Shown: positions 45,619-51,612 of the stretch, in pieces | Numbering within the stretch: the stretch's first letter is position 1 | Layout of the letters: every line of letters begins with the position of its first letter | IMG/VR virus record: IMGVR_UViG_3300017765_000001 | Span: 46,338 to 110,337 of that record | Source of the DNA: a virus | Strand: one strand, 5' to 3' | DNA length: 64,000 nucleotides | Program-made: the position numbers and the translations under genes | Notes under the pieces: generated by a model | Database searches by the model: none | What the model saw: the letters and a program-made list of their open reading frames with translations, nothing else | Told to the model about the DNA's origin: nothing

Positions 45619-46667
45619 TTCTTATTGTCAATTTGCTGTTTAATCCATGTATAAGTTTTTCTGATTCCTTCTTCAAGAGATTGAGAATAATCCCATCCAA
45701 GATTCTCTCTAATCAGATCATTATTAGAGTTTCTACCTCTGACACCAGTAGGTGCATCAAGTTTGTACAATTTCTTGACTACCTTACCTGATACTTTAGC
45801 AGCAGTATCAACCAATTCATTGATTGAAACCATCTCTTCTGATCCAATATTGACTGGACCCATGAAGTCAGAATCCATCAGCCTTCTAGTTGCTTCAATG
45901 CATTCATCAATGAACAGGAAGGAACGAGTCTGTAAGCCATCTCCCCACACCTCGATGCCTCCACCTGTCTCAGGGAGGTAAGCGACTTTACGGCAGATTG
46001 CAGCTGGCGCTTTCTCTCTTCCTCCCTCCCAGGTTCCTTCTGGACCGAAGATATTGTGATACCTAGCAATACGAACAGGAATAGAATGATTACGGTTGTA
46101 AGCCAAGTAAAGTCTTTCGCTAAAGAGTTTTTCCCATCCATATTCTGAGTCTGGGTTTGCTGGGTATGCTGATTCTTCACGACAGTCTGGATTGTTGGGG
46201 TCAAGTTGATTGTGTTCTGGATACATGCAGGCAGATCCAGAATAGAAAATCTTAGTGGTATTTGTTACTGTATAGTCATTAAACTCTTTTTGTGCTTCAA
46301 GCACATTAAGATTGATGCTGACAGAGTTGTGCATGATATTGGCATCATTCTCACCAGTGAATACAAATCCTGCACCACCCATATCTGCAGCAAACTGATA
46401 GATCTCATCAAAACATTGATGATACTGTTGAGGGACATCATAATAAAAATTTCCCTGATATCCCTTAAATCTGATGACCTTATTCACAAAAGTTGGATCA
46501 CGTAGATCACCATGAACAAATTCATGTGCCTCTGATTTACCAAACTCAGGGCTCTTCAAATCTACTCCACGCACCCAATATCCCTCAGCACGCAGACGTT
46601 TTACCATATGACTACCAATAAAACCACCTGCACCTAAGACAAGTGCAGTCTTTGTGTATTCAGACAT
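45615..46667 (-). CDS. GDP-mannose 3,5-epimerase-like SDR (WcaG family)
   Basis: GAGGFIG, AADMGGAG, SACMYP, YGWEK, GGREKAPAAICRK, WGDGLQTRSF, GVRGRNS. Confidence 0.9.
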   Translation of the reverse strand: MSEYTKTALVLGAGGFIGSHMVKRLRAEGYWVRGVDLKSPEFGKSEAHEFVHGDLRDPTFVNKVIRFKGYQGNFYYDVPQQYHQCFDEIYQFAADMGGAGFVFTGENDANIMHNSVSINLNVLEAQKEFNDYTVTNTTKIFYSGSACMYPEHNQLDPNNPDCREESAYPANPDSEYGWEKLFSERLYLAYNRNHSIPVRIARYHNIFGPEGTWEGGREKAPAAICRKVAYLPETGGGIEVWGDGLQTRSFLFIDECIEATRRLMDSDFMGPVNIGSEEMVSINELVDTAAKVSGKVVKKLYKLDAPTGVRGRNSNNDLIRENLGWDYSQSLEEGIRKTYTWIKQQIDNKK

Positions 46668-46694
46668 TTGATCTAAGTTTTTTACTTACTATGT

Positions 46695-46731
46695 ATTATA
46701 CAAAAAAAGATGGGGTAAGACAACCCCATCT
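46695..46731 (-). terminator. Terminator hairpin fused with sigma70 promoter for the glycan operon
   Basis: AGATGGGGT-TGTCTT-ACCCCATCT plus T-tract; TTGTCT(46718-46723)-N17-TATAAT(46695-46700). Confidence 0.75.
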
Positions 46732-46740
46732 AAAGAAATC

Positions 46741-46797
46741 CATGCACGCCACTTGTTTTTGAGAGAAGCAAGAAACTCTGGGGTATCCCGACCAGGG
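46741..46797 (-). ncRNA. wcaG-like RNA motif (boundaries approximate)
   Basis: CCCTGGTCGGG...AGAG-TTTCTTGCTT-CTCT-CAAAAA-CAAG (pseudoknot)-TGGCGTGCATG; upstream of the WcaG-family epimerase. Confidence 0.55.
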
Positions 46798-47037
46798 CTA
46801 GTTTTGAGACGATACCGAGTCTTTAACATAACAAGGAACACCCTCTGGATCTAACCACTTGGTGTATTCAAAGTCATCAATAGCAGTGAGCAACTGCATT
46901 TGATTATCAAGAAGATACATGTCCCTATACCTTTTGGTATAACTATCAGCCTTTTGAATGCGATAGTCTGGGAATCCATTTTCTAGAATCCCATTCTCAA
47001 CGTACCTGTAAGGAAAACGCTCAAGCAAAATTTTCAT
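46798..47037 (-). CDS. Conserved cyanophage hypothetical protein
   Basis: ERFPYRYVENG...PDYRIQK...MYLLDNQMQL..AIDDFEYTKWLDP. Confidence 0.7.
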   Translation of the reverse strand: MKILLERFPYRYVENGILENGFPDYRIQKADSYTKRYRDMYLLDNQMQLLTAIDDFEYTKWLDPEGVPCYVKDSVSSQN

Positions 47038-47249
47038 ACCACCTCTTTAGGATCAAGATCTTGAGCCAGATAATCCAGAAGAATATCATAATCATCAAGT
47101 GGGTCACCAGAAAATACTACACCTGTATTCTCATAATACTTGCGAATCTTTTTGTAAAGTTTTGGATTCTTTACATCAAGATAAAAATCTCCATTAACTG
47201 CAGACTGCAAAGTGCTGATGTCTTTCTTGAACTTAGTTGTGATAGTCAT
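47034..47249 (-). CDS. Conserved cyanophage hypothetical protein
   Basis: KFKKDISTL...LDVKNPKLYKKIRKYY; promoter TTGACT-N17-TAGAAT at 47272-47300. Confidence 0.7.
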   Translation of the reverse strand: MTITTKFKKDISTLQSAVNGDFYLDVKNPKLYKKIRKYYENTGVVFSGDPLDDYDILLDYLAQDLDPKEVV

Positions 47250-47322
47250 TGACTTGTGTGTTGACCTTTTTATTCTAAGGGATTTGACCTTGTGAGTCAA
47301 GTAGACAGATTTGATTCTGTCA

Positions 47323-47395
47323 TAGGGGTTGTGAGGATCGAACTCACCTTAGGCAAATTATGAGTTTGCTGCATTCACCAGATTGCTAAACCCCC
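47323..47395 (-). tRNA. tRNA with CAT anticodon (Met, or Ile2 if lysidinylated)
   Basis: Cloverleaf; GCAAA-CT-CAT-AA-TTTGC; GTTCGATCC T-arm. Confidence 0.88.
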
Positions 47396-47399
47396 AAGG

Positions 47400-47471
47400 T
47401 AGGACTGCTGGGACTTGAACCCAGATCACTCCGTTATAAGCAGAGGGCCTTTACCTTTAGGCGACAGTCCC
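47400..47471 (-). tRNA. tRNA-Ile(TAT)
   Basis: CTCTG-CT-TAT-AA-CGGAG; GTTCAAGTC; 5' end overlaps the talC 3' end. Confidence 0.85.
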
Positions 47472-48110
47472 TTGTACCTGCTTCCAATCATTCTCAAAGA
47501 TTTCCATTCCTTTATCAGTAAGGATATGATCATACATTTGCTCAAACACTTTTGGTGGCATAGTGCAAATGTGAGCACCATTATAGTATGATCTTACAAC
47601 TCTTTGAACATTTCTGATTGAAGCAGATAGGACTTGAGTTTCAATTCCTTGAACTCTATAGAGGTCTGATATAGATCTAACGACCTCCAGTCCTGCTACT
47701 GATTGATCATCCAGTCTACCCACAAAAGGAGAGACATAAGTTGCTCCTGCCTTTGCTGCCAGAATTGCTTGTGCTGCACAGAAAACAAGTGTAACATTGG
47801 TCTTGATACCTCTGTCTGCCAGATTTTTACATGCCAAGAGACCATCTCTCGTGCATGGGACTTTAATTGTTGAGCAATATCCAAACTTGTCATCAAGTCT
47901 GATGCCTTCATCAGTCATCTCTTGTGCATCACCCATGACTTCCATGCTGATATCTTCAATTCCTATCTCATCTATCTCTGCATAGACATCTTGAGGATCT
48001 CTACCACTCTTCCTAATCAGTGTGGGGTTTGTTGTCACACCATCAATCAATCCAGTCTGGAAATACTTTCTGATGACTTCTGTGTCTGCTGTATCAAGAA
48101 AAATTTTCAT
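47457..48110 (-). CDS. talC: Transaldolase (TalC/FSA type)
   Basis: IFLDTAD, GVTTNPTL, IKVP, NVTLVF, YVSPFVGRLDD, ASIR. Confidence 0.96.
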   Translation of the reverse strand: MKIFLDTADTEVIRKYFQTGLIDGVTTNPTLIRKSGRDPQDVYAEIDEIGIEDISMEVMGDAQEMTDEGIRLDDKFGYCSTIKVPCTRDGLLACKNLADRGIKTNVTLVFCAAQAILAAKAGATYVSPFVGRLDDQSVAGLEVVRSISDLYRVQGIETQVLSASIRNVQRVVRSYYNGAHICTMPPKVFEQMYDHILTDKGMEIFENDWKQVQGTVA

Positions 48111-48280
48111 GTTCCTTCGTTATTGTTATCTCTGTACATTTTAAGTATTTCATCATCAGCAGGCATCATGACTGCTGCATGTCCATCATCATTCACTATG
48201 CCAAGGTGTTCACCTTTTTCAACTCTCTCCATTAATTCATCCCATTTATCCTGAAATTCTTTGACTGTGAAAATTTCCAT
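48107..48280 (-). CDS. 57-aa Phd/YefM antitoxin-like protein
   Basis: MEIFTVKEFQDKWDELMERVEKGEHLGIVNDDGHAAVMMPADD; not in the ORF track. Confidence 0.6.
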   Translation of the reverse strand: MEIFTVKEFQDKWDELMERVEKGEHLGIVNDDGHAAVMMPADDEILKMYRDNNNEGT

Positions 48281-48307
48281 TGCACATAGGTTTTGATTAT
48301 ATAGGCA

Positions 48308-48381
48308 TCGAGGTGACAGGATTCGAACCTGCGACCCCTGCTTCCCAAAAGCAGTGCTCTACCAAACTGAGCTACACCTCG
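48308..48381 (-). tRNA. tRNA-Pro(TGG)
   Basis: CTGCT-TT-TGG-GA-AGCAG; GTTCGAATC. Confidence 0.93.
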
Positions 48382-48386
48382 ATGAG

Positions 48387-48473
48387 CGGAGAGGGTGGGA
48401 TTCGAACCCACGTTGCCCTTGCAGACAAGCTGGTTTTCAAGACCAGAGCCATAAACCACTCGACCACCTCTCC
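48387..48473 (-). tRNA. tRNA-Ser(TGA)
   Basis: CTGGT-CT-TGA-AA-ACCAG; long variable arm; G73. Confidence 0.93.
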
Positions 48474-48722
48474 TTATCTCTCTTCAAAGTCAAGTCTTCT
48501 GACTTTCCTTTGACGTCTTGCCTCCTGAAAGGCAAGGTCTTCATTTGATAGAACTCCTTTTCTTTTTTTAGGATTGTTAGATTTTACCATAACAATCTTA
48601 CTTAGGTCAACTGCAGTCACCTTATCATCAACCACTGTCATCATATTGGGACATCCACAGGATTGAGATTTGGTGGAGCTCGTGATTTCTTTTCTGCATA
48701 CTTTACATCTTACTGTAATCAT
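48474..48722 (-). CDS. Cys-rich (Zn-ribbon-like) hypothetical protein
   Basis: CKVC...CGCPN; RRQRKVRRLDFEER. Confidence 0.7.
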   Translation of the reverse strand: MITVRCKVCRKEITSSTKSQSCGCPNMMTVVDDKVTAVDLSKIVMVKSNNPKKRKGVLSNEDLAFQEARRQRKVRRLDFEER

Positions 48723-48742
48723 TGGTTTAGTTGGATACTACA

Positions 48743-48814
48743 TGGGAGATACAAGGATCGAACTTGTGACATCCTCGGTGTAAACGAGATGCTCTACCGC
48801 TGAGCTAATCTCCC
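48743..48814 (-). tRNA. tRNA-Val(TAC)
   Basis: TCTCG-TT-TAC-AC-CGAGG; GTTCGATCC. Confidence 0.93.
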
Positions 48815-48817
48815 ATA

Positions 48818-48890
48818 CTCCTCCACCTGGACTCGAACCAGGGACAAGGTGATTAACAGTCACCTGCTCTACCAACTGAGCTATAGAGGA
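48818..48890 (-). tRNA. tRNA-Asn(GTT)
   Basis: GGTGA-CT-GTT-AA-TCACC; GTTCGAGTC. Confidence 0.93.
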
Positions 48891-49097
48891 TTATTCTAAG
48901 ACACTAGTTTCTTGTTTCTTCAATCTAAAATACATCTTATAGTATTTCTTTTTGATTCCATCAAGAGTTTCCTTATCATCACCAAACCCCATCCAATTAC
49001 AGAGTTGTGCTGATCCTTCCAATTCACTAATCAGTCTCAATATATTGACTGACTGAATAGGAAGACCTCCTGGTTGATAATCTTCAATTGGGTTCAT
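48891..49097 (-). CDS. Hypothetical protein
   Basis: GGLPIQSVNILRLISELEGS...KKKYYKMYF; start moved out of tRNA-Gly. Confidence 0.65.
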   Translation of the reverse strand: MNPIEDYQPGGLPIQSVNILRLISELEGSAQLCNWMGFGDDKETLDGIKKKYYKMYFRLKKQETSVLE

Positions 49098-49115
49098 AAT
49101 ACTCCAGTAGGAGGA

Positions 49116-49187
49116 AGCGAGTAAGGGGACTTGAACCCCTGACATTCAGCTTGGAAGGCTGACGTTCTACCACTGAACTACACTCGC
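49116..49187 (-). tRNA. tRNA-Gly(TCC)
   Basis: TCAGC-CT-TCC-AA-GCTGA; U73. Confidence 0.92.
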
Positions 49188-49206
49188 ATTGTGGGAATAA
49201 ATCCCA

Positions 49207-49278
49207 AGCCAGATAACAGATTTGAACTGATGACCTTTGCTTTACAAAAGCACTGCTCTACCACTGAGCTAATCTGGC
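49207..49278 (-). tRNA. tRNA-Thr(TGT)
   Basis: TGCT-TT-TGT-AA-AGCA; GTTCAAATC. Confidence 0.88.
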
Positions 49279-49282
49279 AAGG

Positions 49283-49356
49283 CGACTCAAGTAGGATTCG
49301 AACCTACGACCGACTGCTTAGAAGGCAGTTGCTCTGTCCAGCTGAGCTATTGAGTC
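49283..49356 (-). tRNA. tRNA-Arg(TCT)
   Basis: ACTGC-CT-TCT-AA-GCAGT; GTTCGAATC. Confidence 0.93.
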
Positions 49357-49364
49357 ATGAAATA

Positions 49365-49393
49365 ATTATAGTGGCCTTTGGTTCCTCTGTCAA
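49365..49393 (-). promoter_or_regulatory. Consensus sigma70 promoter of the tRNA cluster
   Basis: TTGACA-N17-TATAAT ending 8 nt before tRNA-Arg. Confidence 0.85.
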
Positions 49394-49732
49394 CTAGGGA
49401 AGATTCTCTGATCCTCCTAGATGGACTTTGTTTTTGGTTGCCATCTCATACATGACTTCATGAATATTCTCTGATTCCTTTGTTCCATAGAACTTGTGTG
49501 CCTCTTCCTTGAAGGCATCATGCTCAATCTTCTTCTGTTTTGATTTGTCTGATAGAACTGCTGGACCAAACCATGGGTCATCTTGCAGATACTCTGGTGC
49601 TGGAACTGTCTTGTGTTATTTTTTATCCAATTCAGAATTAATCCAGGTTACAAAAGGAATTAAATTAATTGTTTTTTCTTTTCTCAAGACTTTCTTAGCA
49701 ACATTTCTGATTCTATTTAAGAGTTTCTTCAT
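49394..49732 (-). pseudogene. Hypothetical gene with one in-frame TAA
   Basis: MKKLLNRIRN...SELDKK*HKTVPAPEYLQDDPWFGPA...ENIHEVMYEMAT...LGGSENLP; TAA at 49616-49618. Confidence 0.6.
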
Positions 49733-50186
49733 CAAAGTAATCCTTTCTGTAGTAGCGTCCTAAGATATTGCTATTGTAATATGCAGGACTACCATCAGTC
49801 AAGCTTTCTGTCAGGACATTGTGGGCAAACAATTGTCTTGTTTCTTCAAAATTAGTTTTACCTAAAGTGGAGTGGAGGGAAAGTATCTGTCTTGTGAACT
49901 GTCCAATCCCATATCTCCCAAGATCCTCCTTAAGCTCAGGGCAAGACCCCCAGTAATCTCTCCAGTTGCTTTCAGATGTAACTCTTCTCCTGACTGAAGA
50001 ATCACCTTTACTTCTAGGCTTTCGTTTTTGCCAGAAGTATTTTCTACCAATATACTTTTTCTTTGTGATAGTATTGGTAATGCAATACACAAAGCCGTAG
50101 TTGTCCCCAATAAGACTCCCGTCAAAAACCCTACTCTGGTAAATCCAGGGATTGGGGTAGTCGCCATTGATTTCAACTTTTGCCAA
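49713..50186 (-). CDS. GIY-YIG family endonuclease
   Basis: GFVYCITN...KYIGRK, YWGS, YYNSNI. Confidence 0.8.
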   Translation of the reverse strand: MAKVEINGDYPNPWIYQSRVFDGSLIGDNYGFVYCITNTITKKKYIGRKYFWQKRKPRSKGDSSVRRRVTSESNWRDYWGSCPELKEDLGRYGIGQFTRQILSLHSTLGKTNFEETRQLFAHNVLTESLTDGSPAYYNSNILGRYYRKDYFDEETLK

Positions 50187-50212
50187 ATGTTCATAACAAC
50201 TTTCCTTATTTA

Positions 50213-50410
50213 TTACTCAGTAACTACTGATGCTCCTACCCAACCACCATTGGTGCCATCTGGATTGTTCAGCATAGCCTCTGTTGTAGTCTTATTGGTG
50301 TATTGCTTTCTAGCAGAATAGTCATGAGACCACTTACCACCAGCACCTGTGTAGTATGAGTCCTTAGTAGCATCAATCCTGCTAGGTCTCTTGATGTGAT
50401 AATTTGCCAT
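50213..50410 (-). CDS. Hypothetical protein
   Basis: 65 aa, YYTG..KWS...NPDGTNGGW; TAATG-coupled to nrdB. Confidence 0.6.
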   Translation of the reverse strand: MANYHIKRPSRIDATKDSYYTGAGGKWSHDYSARKQYTNKTTTEAMLNNPDGTNGGWVGASVVTE

Positions 50411-51612
50411 TAGAGTTTAAATCCAGTGAATGTGTCTTCTTTAACATCTTGTTTGATGCCCCCAACAACATAAGATTCAACTTCTGTTTCTTGAGGTGCA
50501 ACCTGGAGACCCTTAGAGGAAATCCAGTGTTCAGTCCAGGGGAGGGGATTGTTTTTTGCAGGTACATCATATACTTGCTTCATGCCAATAGACTTGAGTC
50601 TTCTATTGGCAACCCACTCAACATACTTTTTGAGTAGAGTATCATTCAGTCCTATCATTGATCCATCTTTGAAAAGATAGTCTGCCCATCTCTTCTCTTC
50701 ATTGACTGCTCTATCAAACATTGCATAAACCCACTCTTCCTCCTCTTTGGCAATTTCTGCCATTTCAGGATCATCACCCTGTCTCCATTTATTTAGGATA
50801 TTTTGTGTAATTGCAAGATGCTGGTTCTCATCTCTGGCGATAAGAGAGATGATTTTTGCGGACCCTTCCATAAGTTTAAGTTCACCAAATGCAAAGCTGC
50901 AAGCGAAACTAACATAAAAGCGAATACCCTCGAGAATGTTGACATTTGCAATTGCTCTATACAATTTGCGCTTCAGTTCTCTCCTCTCAACTCTTCCTGC
51001 TATGTGCCCCTCATTAGCAAGTTCCCACATAGTGCTGGTGTCATACATGTGAGCACTATTGATGAAGTCATCATAGGACTCTGTGACAGTCCCTGCTCTC
51101 TCAAGAATTCTTTCATCAGTCACAATTTTATCCAGAACCTCTGAAGGATCTGAATAAACATTCTTGATGACATATGTGTATGAACGACTATGGATCATCT
51201 CCATGAACCCCCAGACCTCCATACATGCCTCTAATTCAGGCAGAGAGCAGTATGGAATGAAAGCCATACCTGGTCCCCTACCTTGAACAGAATCAAGCAG
51301 AATTTGGTACTTCAGATTAGAAGTATAGATGTGTTTTTGCTCAGGTCTGAGTGTTTGATAGTCACCTCTATCTTTTTGTAGAGAGACTTCCTCTGGTCTC
51401 CAAAAGTATCCTAACTGTTGTGTTGTGAGTTTATCAAAAATACCATATTTAAATGAATCATATCTCTGTATTCCCAGTGGTTTGCCAAAGAACATTGGTT
51501 GTTTTTTGGTGTTAACCTGTTCAGAGTTGAAAACTGTCATTCTCTGAACTGGGTTCATTTTGATGCTACCTATTGGTGATGTCACGTCTCTTTTAAACTG
51601 CACAGGATTCAC
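50410..51612 (-). CDS. nrdB: Class Ia ribonucleotide reductase beta subunit
   Basis: FWRPEEV, EMIHSRSY, LEGIRFYVSF, RDENQH, VAPQETE; start GTG 51612 or ATG 51558. Confidence 0.97.
   Translation of the reverse strand: MNPVQFKRDVTSPIGSIKMNPVQRMTVFNSEQVNTKKQPMFFGKPLGIQRYDSFKYGIFDKLTTQQLGYFWRPEEVSLQKDRGDYQTLRPEQKHIYTSNLKYQILLDSVQGRGPGMAFIPYCSLPELEACMEVWGFMEMIHSRSYTYVIKNVYSDPSEVLDKIVTDERILERAGTVTESYDDFINSAHMYDTSTMWELANEGHIAGRVERRELKRKLYRAIANVNILEGIRFYVSFACSFAFGELKLMEGSAKIISLIARDENQHLAITQNILNKWRQGDDPEMAEIAKEEEEWVYAMFDRAVNEEKRWADYLFKDGSMIGLNDTLLKKYVEWVANRRLKSIGMKQVYDVPAKNNPLPWTEHWISSKGLQVAPQETEVESYVVGGIKQDVKEDTFTGFKL

Noticed and set aside
48232-48548. ORFs overlapping tRNA-Pro and tRNA-Ser
   Set aside because: Translations of tRNA sequence; the cloverleaves explain the region
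39804-49732. Stop-codon reassignment suggested by in-frame TAG and TAA
   Set aside because: TAG and TAA both end intact genes elsewhere in the window, only two interruptions of different types were found, and no suppressor tRNA is present
51540-51612. Duplicated MNPVQ at the nrdB N-terminus as a regulatory repeat
   Set aside because: The DNA copies differ at synonymous sites and the first is constrained by the nrdA CESCAV overlap; most likely alternative starts or chance
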